From assembly GCA_050246315.1 (NCBI GenBank), contig JBFWWG010000007.1, positions 128,001 to 192,000 of the forward strand: a stretch of 64,000 bases of DNA, given 5' to 3'. Under the pieces are notes generated by a model. That model was not told the DNA's origin. It made no database searches and worked only from the letters and a program-made list of their open reading frames with translations. The translations under genes and the position numbers were made by a program. Within the stretch, counting starts at the first letter, position 1; every line of letters begins with the position of its first letter. The stretch is from Nitrospiraceae bacterium. Lineage in GTDB: Bacteria; Nitrospirota; Nitrospiria; Nitrospirales; Nitrospiraceae. This document shows positions 1 through 9,883 of the stretch, one piece after another.

Positions 1-868
1 CAAAAAGACCGCCAACCAGTTCGTGGCGGTCCGGCCGGATGAGATCGGCGTGGTGGTTATGCCGCACGGCTCTATGCAGCCCTGGAACGACGCTGTCGAG
101 CGGATCATCGAGCCGCTGAAAGTCAGGTACCGGATTGAGATGGCCTACGGCATGGGCGATCCGGACATCATCCAAACGGCGGTGACGAAACTGGAACGTC
201 AAGGCATCAAGCGGATCGTGTTCGTCCGCATGTATGAGTTGGTTCACCACATGAAACCCCTCACCGATTACATCCTCGGCCTGGCGGACGCTCCCGGCTT
301 CTCCGGCCATGGCGAGGGACACGGACACGACGTTCCGGCGCAGGTTCGCAGTGCGGCGCTTTTCTCCGCGTTCGGCGGCTATACGGAAAATTTTCCTCCT
401 ATCGCGCAGGTGCTATGCGACCGCATCACAGAGATCAGTAAAGATCCGGCCAAGGAGACGGTGGTGTTTCTGGCCCATGGTTCGAATACGGACGAGGACA
501 ATGACCACTGGCTCTCGGTGATTCGAACCAATATCGACTGGGTCAAGAAGGACTCTCGCTGCGCGTCCTTCAAGGCCATAAAGCCGGCGACGGTGCGAGA
601 AGATTGGCCGGAAAAGCGCGAGAAGGCGGTTGCCGATGTCAGAAAGATGATCGAGGAGGACGCCAAGACCGGGCGCGTGCTGGTGATCGCGAACCGCATG
701 TACGGGTCCGGTCCCTACAAGAAGATGCTCAATGGGCTGGAGTACGTATTGAACGAAAAAGGCTTCGCCAGCTCGGCCCTCACCAAGTGGCTTGAGGAAG
801 GCATCGAGCGAACCGTCACGGCTTTGACGACCCCGACAACCAATACTGACCGCCTCGCCCAGCGGTAG
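1..868 (+). CDS. CbiX/SirB-like class II chelatase-fold protein (5' part outside the window)
   Basis: Frame is open from position 2. Two chelatase-like half-domains (VVMPHGS...WN and VVFLAHGS...W...ATVREDW) flank a His-rich linker GHGEGHGHD. Confidence 0.65.
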   Translation, partial: KKTANQFVAVRPDEIGVVVMPHGSMQPWNDAVERIIEPLKVRYRIEMAYGMGDPDIIQTAVTKLERQGIKRIVFVRMYELVHHMKPLTDYILGLADAPGFSGHGEGHGHDVPAQVRSAALFSAFGGYTENFPPIAQVLCDRITEISKDPAKETVVFLAHGSNTDEDNDHWLSVIRTNIDWVKKDSRCASFKAIKPATVREDWPEKREKAVADVRKMIEEDAKTGRVLVIANRMYGSGPYKKMLNGLEYVLNEKGFASSALTKWLEEGIERTVTALTTPTTNTDRLAQR

Positions 869-1075
869 ATAGCTTCGCACCTGCCCGCGGCGCCTCGCAG
901 GGACAGATATCTCCACATGTCCCGCCCTGGCTTCTGGCTCCCCTCGCCCTCCGGGGAGCCAGAAGATAGGGGCGCCGCCTCCCTCCACAACTTCTTGGTT
1001 GAGACCTGTTCATTCCTTCCGTCACGCCAAGGACCGAACCCAACGGCCCGCACTACATCGAATGAAAGGATCGCG

Positions 1076-3133
1076 ATGCTCACGAAATCGAATGGCATTC
1101 CGTCATACGCCGTGGTAGTCGTCGCCTTGTTGCTGGCTGAGTGCTGGCAGGGAGGCTTCTTCCCCGCGAGAGCCGCTGAAGACGCCACTGTCCAAGAGGA
1201 GCGAGCGGAGACAAAAGCGGAGAAACCGCGCAGCGAACCGCCTCCGTCGGGCAAGGACGTTCACGTGGCGGATGTCGTTATCACCGGCACATGGACGCCC
1301 CACGCCCAGAAGGATTCTCCGGTCGAGACTGAGCGCATTACCGGCGCGATGCTTGAGCAGGCGGGTGCTACGAACGTGCGGCAGGTGCTCCAGGATGTCC
1401 CGGCCATCGACGCGCAACGCGCGCCTAACGGGTTCCAGACCTTCCAGATCCAGGGTCTCTCCAGCATCCACACGCTATTTCTCGTGAACAGCCAGGAGCT
1501 GATCGGGACGATCGAGGGCGCCACCTTTACGAGAGACCTGCTGGCCTCCCCGGAAATCGAGGCCATGGAAATCGTCAAGGGCGCCGCCGCGGTCCAATAC
1601 GGAAGCGATGCGATCGGCGGAGTCATCAACATCCGAACCAGGAGAGGCACGAAGCCGGCCGGCGGGCTGGTCTTTGGTCAATACGGACGATTCAATACCG
1701 TGACGACCTTCGGCGCCCCGGAGTTCCGCACCGCCGACGGGAAGTTCGGCGGCTACGTCTCAGCCGGATACAGCGGTTCCGACGGCTTCGACTTGAACCA
1801 AGCCACCGCCCAGACCGACGGCGAACCTCAGTTTGCCACCAAGACGGCGAGCGGCAATTTCGATTATCGGCTCTCGAACAGGGTCACGCTGTCCTTTTAC
1901 ACCCGCTATTCGGCTGACGACCGGAAGTCCAAGCAGAACGCCCTTCCACCCTCCATCCCCAGCATCCGGCAGGTCCAAGGCAACAACGACCGGTCCCAAA
2001 ATATTTTGCGCTTGGATTGGAATCCCGACGCCGTTTCGACCTTCACGCTGTGGGGGCACTACCAAAACTTTCTAAATGAATCGAGTACGTTCCGATTGGA
2101 CAATAACCAGTTGCTGCGGAGGTCGAGCTTCACGCAGGAGCTCTGGGAGCCGCAATTCCAATACAGCAGACAGATCGGCGGGCGTCACTTGCTTACGCTC
2201 GGCGGAGAAGACGACATTCGCAAACAGCGCGGTCAATCCCTTCGCGGCGGCAAGACCGAGTTAAACGAAGCGGCCGGATGGGGGCAAGATGAAATCGAAG
2301 TGCTGCCTTGGATGGATATCCTCTTGGGCGGCCGCTATACGTCCAACAGCGAGTACGGCGGGTTTTTCTCGCCCCAGACCACGTTGCTCCTCAAGCCCGG
2401 GAACTTCCGCGGCCGCTTCACCTACACCCGCGGGTTCCGCAGTCCCACGTTGACCGATATCTCGGCCTTTTTCGTCGAGGGCGGCGGAGTCGGCGTCGTC
2501 GGCAACCCGAACCTGGAACCTGAGAAATCGACGAGCTATACCACAAACATCGAGTATTACTTCGAGCGAGCCAAGATTGGCGCCAGCGCCTTCCGTCACG
2601 AGGTCAGCAATCTCATCCAATACGTTCCGGGAACCTGCACGGCCGCCGATGCGGCCGCCCTAGGCGTGCCGTCGACCTTCTGCTTCTCGCCCAGCAACGT
2701 CTCCAGCACCAGAAGCCAAGGGTTCGAACTTGAGGCGGGCGTCAGACCGTGGAACTGGCTCTACATCGAAACCGGGTACATGTACCTCGACTCGCGAAAC
2801 CTGGACAACGGCTCGTTTCTCTTCCAACGCTCGCCGAATACGTGGAAAACGCGCATGCGGATCGAGCGGGAACGGTGGAACTTCACAGGCCGGCTCCGCT
2901 ACAACTCCTCGTTCGGATTCTCCGACCTGAATCGAAACAACGTGGTGGACCCCAACGAAAAGGCTCCGTCCAACATCCAGCTCGATCTTCGGTTAGCCAT
3001 CCAGATTAGGAAGGATGTGGAGCTGTACGGGGGCGTGGACAATGTGACCCAATCCCGGATGAACGTCAGTGCCGGCCAGGTCCCGCTTCCGGGAGTAGCT
3101 CTCTACTACGTCGGCATGCGGATGACGCTATAA
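1076..3133 (+). CDS. TonB-dependent outer-membrane receptor
   Basis: ATG 1076 after AAAGGA. Signal-like N-terminus, TonB-box-like DVVITG, plug motif EAMEIVKGAAAVQYGSDAIGGVINIRTR, GNPNLEPEKS, and C-terminal beta-strand YYVGMRMTL. Confidence 0.92.
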   Translation: MLTKSNGIPSYAVVVVALLLAECWQGGFFPARAAEDATVQEERAETKAEKPRSEPPPSGKDVHVADVVITGTWTPHAQKDSPVETERITGAMLEQAGATNVRQVLQDVPAIDAQRAPNGFQTFQIQGLSSIHTLFLVNSQELIGTIEGATFTRDLLASPEIEAMEIVKGAAAVQYGSDAIGGVINIRTRRGTKPAGGLVFGQYGRFNTVTTFGAPEFRTADGKFGGYVSAGYSGSDGFDLNQATAQTDGEPQFATKTASGNFDYRLSNRVTLSFYTRYSADDRKSKQNALPPSIPSIRQVQGNNDRSQNILRLDWNPDAVSTFTLWGHYQNFLNESSTFRLDNNQLLRRSSFTQELWEPQFQYSRQIGGRHLLTLGGEDDIRKQRGQSLRGGKTELNEAAGWGQDEIEVLPWMDILLGGRYTSNSEYGGFFSPQTTLLLKPGNFRGRFTYTRGFRSPTLTDISAFFVEGGGVGVVGNPNLEPEKSTSYTTNIEYYFERAKIGASAFRHEVSNLIQYVPGTCTAADAAALGVPSTFCFSPSNVSSTRSQGFELEAGVRPWNWLYIETGYMYLDSRNLDNGSFLFQRSPNTWKTRMRIERERWNFTGRLRYNSSFGFSDLNRNNVVDPNEKAPSNIQLDLRLAIQIRKDVELYGGVDNVTQSRMNVSAGQVPLPGVALYYVGMRMTL

Positions 3134-3243
3134 GGCGGCGCCGGTGGGACCGGCCTCGCCTCCAGCGACCCTCAGGGACCCGAAAGCGCGCTTCCGGGTC
3201 CCCGGCGCACCTGCCCCTGCTTCCCTCGCGGAGCATGGTCTCC

Positions 3244-3723
3244 TCATGAGCCCTCTTTATGGAGTTGTTCAGCCAAGTAACGCTCAAGTCCGATCTGCTT
3301 GACCGTCTCGAGTTGTGTTTCGAACCAATCGACATGCTCCTCGGAATCAATCACCATATGTTCGAGTAGGTGCCGGGTCGTGAAATCTCCGACCTTGGCA
3401 CAATGGGCAATCGCCTCCCGCAGGAGTTGAACATCGTCCTGCTCGAATTTGAGATCGGCTTTGAACAGGTCCGCGACGGTCGCCCCGGATGTGACATGCT
3501 CCATTCGTTCGACGTTCGGCGTTCCATCAAGATAGATAATGTGATCGATCAAGCCCGAGGCATGACCGACCTCTTCCGTGGCCGTTTCTTTCAAATGGTG
3601 TTCCAACCGCTCGTACCCCCAGTTACCGCACAAGGCCGCATGCAGTAGGTATTGATGAACGGCCGTCAGCTCCGCCGTGAGAATGGTGTTCAGTCGATCA
3701 ATGACGCCTTCTTTCGCTTTCAT
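3244..3723 (-). CDS. bfr: Bacterioferritin subunit lacking the heme-ligand Met52
   Basis: 159-aa Bfr-like protein from ATG 3723. E18, E51, H54 and H130 are present; Met52 is replaced by Val (TEEVGH). Confidence 0.9.
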   Translation of the reverse strand: MKAKEGVIDRLNTILTAELTAVHQYLLHAALCGNWGYERLEHHLKETATEEVGHASGLIDHIIYLDGTPNVERMEHVTSGATVADLFKADLKFEQDDVQLLREAIAHCAKVGDFTTRHLLEHMVIDSEEHVDWFETQLETVKQIGLERYLAEQLHKEGS

Positions 3724-3751
3724 TTCCGGTCCTCCGATCGTGCGGGGTTCG

Positions 3752-4228
3752 TTACCCATCCTTCTTGATTTGTTCGGCCAAATAATTCTCCAGGCCGATC
3801 TGCTTGATGGTCTCCATCTGCGTCTCGATCCAGTCGATGTGGGCATCCACATCTTTGGCCATGTCTTCGAGCATGTGCCTGGTCGTAAAATCGCCGACTT
3901 TGGCGCAATGCACCACGCCGTCGCTCAGTAACTTGAGCATGTCCTGTTCGGCCTTCAAGTCCAGCTTGAACTGCTCGGGGACCCCCTCTCCGACATTGAC
4001 CGTATTCAGACGCTGGACGTTCGGCACCCCTTCTAAATAGAGGATGTGCTCGATCAACTCTTCGGCGTCCTTCATCTCGTCGATGCTCCGCTCGCGCACT
4101 TTATGATGGAGCCGTTCGTATCCCCAGTTCTCACACATCTTGGCATGCACAAAATATTGGTTGATCGCGGTGAGATCCGCCGTCAATACTTTGTTAAGAA
4201 TATCGATCACCCCTTCTTTCGCTTTCAT
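3752..4228 (-). CDS. bfr: Bacterioferritin subunit with heme Met52 and a degenerate ferroxidase site
   Basis: AINQYFVHAKM, SIDEMKD, ILYLEG, HIDWIETQ; AGGAGG RBS. Confidence 0.93.
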   Translation of the reverse strand: MKAKEGVIDILNKVLTADLTAINQYFVHAKMCENWGYERLHHKVRERSIDEMKDAEELIEHILYLEGVPNVQRLNTVNVGEGVPEQFKLDLKAEQDMLKLLSDGVVHCAKVGDFTTRHMLEDMAKDVDAHIDWIETQMETIKQIGLENYLAEQIKKDG

Positions 4229-4341
4229 ATGATCAGCCTCCTTTTTTTATGATGAGAACTGCGACGGGAATCCTGACGCCGCTATTATCGATGGAACGGA
4301 TGGACAGGTCAATAGCAATTGTAGGTAGAACTTACTATAAC

Positions 4342-4356
4342 TGAAAATTGTTCTCA
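4342..4356. promoter_or_regulatory. Putative Fur-box (7-1-7) upstream of the bfr pair
   Basis: TGAAAAT-T-GTTCTCA resembles TGATAAT-N-ATTATCA and lies in an AT-rich patch about 115 bp upstream of the bfr start. Confidence 0.5.
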
Positions 4357-4469
4357 AGATCATGCGATTCGAAATGAGAACACGGGACGCACTCAGGCCG
4401 TCCGTCGAGCGACCCGGCGCGCAAGAAGTATGAGGGTGGACGATGGAAAAGGGAGAGGCTCGGAATGGT

Positions 4470-6803
4470 CTAGCTGGCTTCCTTATACCCGCACTCGGCG
4501 TTGACGCAACGCACGGTGGTGGCGTCCTTGCCGACTTTTTCGACGAGAAAGGGAGCGCTGCAACTCGGACACGCCTTCTGAACCGGACGGTCCCAGAGAG
4601 CGTACTCGCATTTGGGATAGCGCGAGCAGGCGTAGAAGACTCGGCCCTTGCGCGTTCGCTTCTGGACAAAATCGCCGTCGCATCCGGGAGCGGGGCATTT
4701 GACTCCGACCGAAAGCGCCCGCGTGGTCTTGCATCCCGGATAGCCGGAACAGGCCAGGAATTTCCCGAAGCGCCCGCTCTTGATGAGCATCGGGCTACCG
4801 CACTTTTCACATTGCTCGCCGGTGGTGACCTCTTCCTTGGGAACAATCTTAATCGTTCCGTCCGGCAAGCGCTCAAAATTCTGGGTGTTTTTGCAAGGCG
4901 GATCTTCATTGTAACCGGGACAAGCCAGAAACTTCCCATTACGTCCCCATTTGATGATCATCATCCGCCCGCAGCGATCGCACGGAATGTTCGTGGGCGG
5001 CTCGACGATATCTTTGGGACCGGGAATCTGCTCCGCGATCTGCATGTCACGCGTAAATGGATTGTAGAAGTCTCGAACCGCGTCCACCCATCCCTTGTTG
5101 CCTTCCTCGACCTCGTCCAGCTCTTGCTCCATTTGAGACGTGAAATCCACGTTGAGCAGCTCCGGAAAGCCTTTCTCCAGAAAATCATTCACCGTCCGGC
5201 CGGTCTCAGTCGGGATGAATCGTCCTTCCACCTTTTCCACATACTTGCGGTCTTGAATCGTGGAGATGATGGCGGCATAGGTTGAAGGCCGACCGATTCC
5301 CTTCTCTTCAAGCTCACGGATCAGCAGTGCCTCGTTGTACCGCGGAGGCGGCTGGGTGAAATGCTGCTTGGGGAGTACTCCGCTCTCAGCACCGTCGCGG
5401 GACACCAACCTGAGCTGCTCACCCTCCTCCAGCCGAGGGAGGTTGCCGTCCGGCGTGTCCTCCGTTTCTTCGCCGCTCTTTTGATTTTGAGGCGGCGCGT
5501 CCGAATCTCTTCCTTCCAGATACACTGCCGTGTGGCCGGGGAACTTCACGACGGTGCCGGTGGCCCGGAAGATGTAGTCGTCCGACACCTCTACAGGCGC
5601 CGTATCCACGCGGGTGACATCCAAAATTGCGGGTGTCATCTGCGAGGCGACGAATCGATTCCAGATCAGCTTGTAGAGCTGGTAGACGTCCGGCTCCAGG
5701 TACTGCCTGATAGACTCGGGATCGCGAACGGCGGAGGTGGGACGGATGGCTTCGTGAGCTTCCTGCGCGGCCTTTTGCGTCTTATACACGTTCGGCGTCG
5801 CCGGCAAATATTCGGGACCGAACCGCTCCCTGATGAGTTCCCGGGCCGCCTCCAATGCTTCCTGGGCGATCCTCGTCGAATCCGTCCTCATATACGTGAT
5901 CAGCCCGACCGGCCCTTCCGCTCCGATTTCGATACCTTCGTACAGTTGTTGGGCCAGCGCCATGGTCTTCTTCGGCGTGAACCGCAACTTACGGGCCGCT
6001 TCCTGCTGGAGCCGGCTGGTAATGAATGGGGCGACCGGATTCCGCCTCTTCTCCTTTCGTTCGATGGAACGGACGACGAAGGACTTTCCCTGTACCGCGG
6101 CAACCACGCGCTCGGCCTCCGGTGCCGAGGAGATCGACGCCTCCTGTCCGTTGATCGAGTGCAACTTGGCGTCGAACGCCGGAGGATTGGCCCCCTGGAG
6201 CGTCGCCGTGATGGACCAGTATTCTTCCGGTCTGAAGGCTTCCCGCTCCTTCTCCCGATCGCAAATAAGCTTGACCGCGACGGATTGGACCCGCCCCATA
6301 CTGAGCCCACGCCGGACCTTCTTCCACAATAGCTGGCTCCCTTGATACCCCACGATCCGATCAAGCACACGGCGAGCCTGCTGGGCGTTCACCAGCTTCA
6401 TGTCGATCTGTCCGGGTGATTGAAGCGCCCGCTTGATCGCCGACTCCGTGATCTCGTTGAACAGCACACGGAAGATCCGCTCGTTGTTCTTCTTCTTGGA
6501 TTTGCCGCTGATTTCCTGTGCGATATGCCAGGCGATCGCCTCCCCTTCCCGATCGGGGTCCGGTGCCAGATACACCTTGTCCACCTGCTCCGCCTTCTTC
6601 TTGATGTCGGACAGAACCTTCGCCTTGCCCTTAATCGTGACGTAGTGCGGGGCAAACTCACGCTCGATATCCACGCCAAGCTTGCTGGTCGGAAGATCCT
6701 TGACGTGACCGACCGAGGCCATGACTGTATACCCCCGCCCCAGGTATTTGTTGATGGTCTTGGCCTTTGCAGGAGACTCAACGATGATTAATGACTTGGC
6801 CAT
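4470..6803 (-). CDS. topA: DNA topoisomerase I (type IA)
   Basis: IVESPAKAKTI, DPDREGEAIA, ITYMRTDS catalytic Tyr, GIGRPSTYA, C-terminal Cys4 zinc ribbons. Confidence 0.99.
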   Translation of the reverse strand: MAKSLIIVESPAKAKTINKYLGRGYTVMASVGHVKDLPTSKLGVDIEREFAPHYVTIKGKAKVLSDIKKKAEQVDKVYLAPDPDREGEAIAWHIAQEISGKSKKKNNERIFRVLFNEITESAIKRALQSPGQIDMKLVNAQQARRVLDRIVGYQGSQLLWKKVRRGLSMGRVQSVAVKLICDREKEREAFRPEEYWSITATLQGANPPAFDAKLHSINGQEASISSAPEAERVVAAVQGKSFVVRSIERKEKRRNPVAPFITSRLQQEAARKLRFTPKKTMALAQQLYEGIEIGAEGPVGLITYMRTDSTRIAQEALEAARELIRERFGPEYLPATPNVYKTQKAAQEAHEAIRPTSAVRDPESIRQYLEPDVYQLYKLIWNRFVASQMTPAILDVTRVDTAPVEVSDDYIFRATGTVVKFPGHTAVYLEGRDSDAPPQNQKSGEETEDTPDGNLPRLEEGEQLRLVSRDGAESGVLPKQHFTQPPPRYNEALLIRELEEKGIGRPSTYAAIISTIQDRKYVEKVEGRFIPTETGRTVNDFLEKGFPELLNVDFTSQMEQELDEVEEGNKGWVDAVRDFYNPFTRDMQIAEQIPGPKDIVEPPTNIPCDRCGRMMIIKWGRNGKFLACPGYNEDPPCKNTQNFERLPDGTIKIVPKEEVTTGEQCEKCGSPMLIKSGRFGKFLACSGYPGCKTTRALSVGVKCPAPGCDGDFVQKRTRKGRVFYACSRYPKCEYALWDRPVQKACPSCSAPFLVEKVGKDATTVRCVNAECGYKEAS

Positions 6804-6933
6804 GCCTATCCTTCATGATCGGCGACGGGCGCTCCGGCCGTCACGGCGACTCTGTCCTTCTCTTCTACTCCATCTTCCATGGTTCTCTCAACTATTCCAG
6901 TGCCATGGACCGGGCCACCGCACAAGCTGCTGA

Positions 6934-8055
6934 TTATAACCGAAGAATAAATTGTCCGGGTAATTGTTCAACGAGGCCCTTCATCTCGAGGGAGAGGAGC
7001 GCGGCCGAAACCGCGGCCGGACCTAGTTGGATGCGGAGCGTGAGTTCATCAATATGCACCGGGTCCGCGGACAACGCCGCGATCACCCGCGATTCATCCG
7101 CCGACAACGGAGAGACCGCCTTTGCCGGCGCGTCGCGTCGCACGGCGAGCCGCCGGCGCATCTGCTCGTCCAACTGAGGGAGCAACTCCTCGATCACGTC
7201 CTGTGCCGTCTCGACGAGCTTGGCGCCATCCTTGATCAGGCGGTGCGGGCCGCGACTGGTCTCGGCTCGAACCGATCCAGGAAGCGCAAATACCTCGCGG
7301 CCTTGTTCTCCAGCCAACCGTGCCGTGATCAACGAGCCGCTGTCCAGCGCAGCCTCCGTCACGAGGACGCCCAAGGAGAGGCCGCTGATGATACGATTCC
7401 GTCGAGGAAAATGGTAGCTGTGCGGAGGAGCGCCCATCGCCAGCTCCGACAGGACCGCCCCCTGCATTTCGATTTGCCGGCGCAACTTCTCATGCTCGGG
7501 CGGATAGGTGTGGTCGATCCCGCAACCTAACACCGCGATCGTGCGCCCTCCGGCTGCCAGCGCTCCACGATGAGCCGCCGCATCGATTCCACGAGCCAAT
7601 CCGCTGACGATGGTGAATCCTGCTTGCGCCAAGGTACGGCTGAGTTCCTCCGTAACTGCGCGGCCCTGCGGGGTGGACCGTCGCGATCCGACAATAGCCA
7701 CTGCATGAACATCGGAAGGGTCCAACCTCCCGGCAACATAGAGCAACGGAGGAGGGTCAGCGATATGGTTGAGTCGCCCCGGGTACTCCGCCTCAAAACA
7801 GGACACCACTGCGACCTGGCTTTGATGAATCAGGCTGATTTCCTGCTCAATCTGTGCCGAGGTCTTGAGATCCACTCCACGGACAATGGCTTCGGCAAGC
7901 TCCTGGTTGCATCCGCGCCTCCGCAATTCTGCGATCGGAGATCGGAGGACGGCTTCAGGCGAGCCGCAGGCTTCGGCCAGTTTCGCCAAGGTCGCTGGTC
8001 CCACACGCTCGATGGCCCGCAAGGTGAGCCAAGCCCGCAACGACTCATCGTTCAC
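6934..8055 (-). CDS. dprA: DNA-processing protein DprA
   Basis: AIVGSR, VSGLARGIDAAAH, FPRRNRIISGLS, GSLITA, C-terminal winged helix; adjacent to topA. Confidence 0.98.
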   Translation of the reverse strand: MNDESLRAWLTLRAIERVGPATLAKLAEACGSPEAVLRSPIAELRRRGCNQELAEAIVRGVDLKTSAQIEQEISLIHQSQVAVVSCFEAEYPGRLNHIADPPPLLYVAGRLDPSDVHAVAIVGSRRSTPQGRAVTEELSRTLAQAGFTIVSGLARGIDAAAHRGALAAGGRTIAVLGCGIDHTYPPEHEKLRRQIEMQGAVLSELAMGAPPHSYHFPRRNRIISGLSLGVLVTEAALDSGSLITARLAGEQGREVFALPGSVRAETSRGPHRLIKDGAKLVETAQDVIEELLPQLDEQMRRRLAVRRDAPAKAVSPLSADESRVIAALSADPVHIDELTLRIQLGPAAVSAALLSLEMKGLVEQLPGQFILRL

Positions 8056-8129
8056 GGCCGAACCTTCGGAGGAGGCGGTGCGGGAACCTGAGCACCTTTC
8101 CGCCCAGCAAAGCCGCCGTGAGAGGCCCC

Positions 8130-9638
8130 TTAGAGCGTCGCGATGTCGAACTGCTCGATGTGCAGGCTGGCATCAGGAGTGACGATGATTTTGCACGAAG
8201 AGACCCGCTCGACTTCTTCCAACCCTTGCCTCTCTTGATCCTGCAGAACATCGGTGACAGCCGGATTAGCGCCAACGACAATGCGCTGGTGGTCCTGCGA
8301 ACGCCCGAGCTTGCGCATTTCCTTGAAAATCTCATAGGCAACGGAGGTCGGCGACTTTGTATAGCCGCGCCCGTCGCAGTAATGGCAGGGCTCCGACATC
8401 GCGCGCAACAGATCCTCACGGACCCGCTCGCGAGAAATTTCGATCAATCCCAGATCGGAGATCCGGGAAATTCTCGTTCTGGCCTTGTCCGCAGACATCG
8501 CGTCAACCAGCGCGTGATACACCTTGTCTCGATTGCGCTCCCGCTCCATGTCGATGAAATCGACGATGATGATGCCACCGATGCCCCGCAACCGCACCTG
8601 ATACGCGATTTCCTTGGCAGCTTCCAGGTTGTTCCGAAGAATCGTCTCCTCCTGATCCCGCTTGCCGACAAACCGGCCGGTATTGACGTCGATCACGGTC
8701 ATGGCTTCCGTATGGTCGATGACGATATGGCCTCCCGATTTCAGCCACACCTTCCGGCTCAGCGCTCGCGCGATTTCCTGTTCGATGCCGAGGTGTTCAA
8801 ACAGCGGATCCTGTTTCTCGTATGACTGAATCCGGGAGGTCAATTCCGGAAGGAAGCGGGTGACGAAATCCCGGATGGCTTCGTATTCCGTCCGGGCGTC
8901 GATCAACAGGCGATCCACCTTCTTCGAGAACATGTCTCGGACAACCCGAAAACTCAAGGACAGGTCCGAATGTATGATCGCAGGGGTCGGCGACTGATCG
9001 CGTTTAGTCAAAATATCCTGCCACAACACATGAAGAAACTCGACATCGGCCCGCAGGTCGTCTTCCTTCACTCCCTCGCTCACCGTCCGCACGATGTAGC
9101 CGCATCCCGGCTTCCGCAGATGTTTCATCATCTCCTTGAGCCGTACACGCTCCTCGTCCTTGGCGATACGACGCGACACGCCGATGTGCTCCACGTTCGG
9201 CATAAACACCAGATACCTCCCGGGAAGCGACACATACCCGGTGACACGCGGCCCCTTGGTGCCAATGGGGCCCTTTGAAATCTGGACCATGATATCCTGC
9301 CCTTCGTCCAGGAGCTGTTCGATCGGCTTCACTCCCTGTCGCTTGGGACGCGGCACCTCCGGCGCCTGATCGTCATCCTCGCTGTCGAACAGCGTATCTC
9401 CGGGCCCCGCATCGCTGCAGACATCCGAAGCATGCATAAACGCCGATTTGTCCAGCCCGAGGTCGATGAACGCCGCCTGCATCCCCGGCAGCACCTTCGC
9501 GACCCGCCCCTTGTAAATGTTCCCGACAAAATCCTTGTGCTTGGCCCGATCGTTAAAGAGATCAGTCACCACACCGTTATCCAGCACCGCGACGCGCGTT
9601 TCCTCCCGCGCCACATTAATGGCAATCTCCAATCCCAT
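8130..9638 (-). CDS. rng: Rne/Rng family ribonuclease (RNase G)
   Basis: GNIYKGRV...PGMQAAFID S1 domain, TEAMTVIDVNTG, GGIIIVDFIDM, CxxC link; 502 aa. Confidence 0.95.
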   Translation of the reverse strand: MGLEIAINVAREETRVAVLDNGVVTDLFNDRAKHKDFVGNIYKGRVAKVLPGMQAAFIDLGLDKSAFMHASDVCSDAGPGDTLFDSEDDDQAPEVPRPKRQGVKPIEQLLDEGQDIMVQISKGPIGTKGPRVTGYVSLPGRYLVFMPNVEHIGVSRRIAKDEERVRLKEMMKHLRKPGCGYIVRTVSEGVKEDDLRADVEFLHVLWQDILTKRDQSPTPAIIHSDLSLSFRVVRDMFSKKVDRLLIDARTEYEAIRDFVTRFLPELTSRIQSYEKQDPLFEHLGIEQEIARALSRKVWLKSGGHIVIDHTEAMTVIDVNTGRFVGKRDQEETILRNNLEAAKEIAYQVRLRGIGGIIIVDFIDMERERNRDKVYHALVDAMSADKARTRISRISDLGLIEISRERVREDLLRAMSEPCHYCDGRGYTKSPTSVAYEIFKEMRKLGRSQDHQRIVVGANPAVTDVLQDQERQGLEEVERVSSCKIIVTPDASLHIEQFDIATL

Positions 9639-9883
9639 AGGTCACGCTCCTCACTAAAGTTTGATGGGCGTCGAGAACCTGCACCCCAGACGGTGCGCTA
9701 TCGACAGGCCATCGAAACACACAAGTCCTGCCATCGCTTCTCGGCCGCACAAGCCGCTCGAATGGAACTTGGAGGCCGCTGCGGTCCGTTGGAGCCACGC
9801 AGCCTCCATTGTAAAGGCTACCGATGCAAAAAGTCCTAACCCGCATGATTCACGAAGCTTCGTGCGATTCCAACCCATGCGGG

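Noticed and set aside
900..1075. Possible cobalamin riboswitch before the TonB receptor (AGCCAGAAGA resembles the B12-box 3' end)
   Set aside because: The core elements (AGGGAA, GCAACTGT, GCCACTG, GGGAAG, GACCTGCC in order) are absent.
6806..6880. 24-aa ORF (MEDGVEEKDR...) between dprA and topA
   Set aside because: Too short, with no homology evidence.
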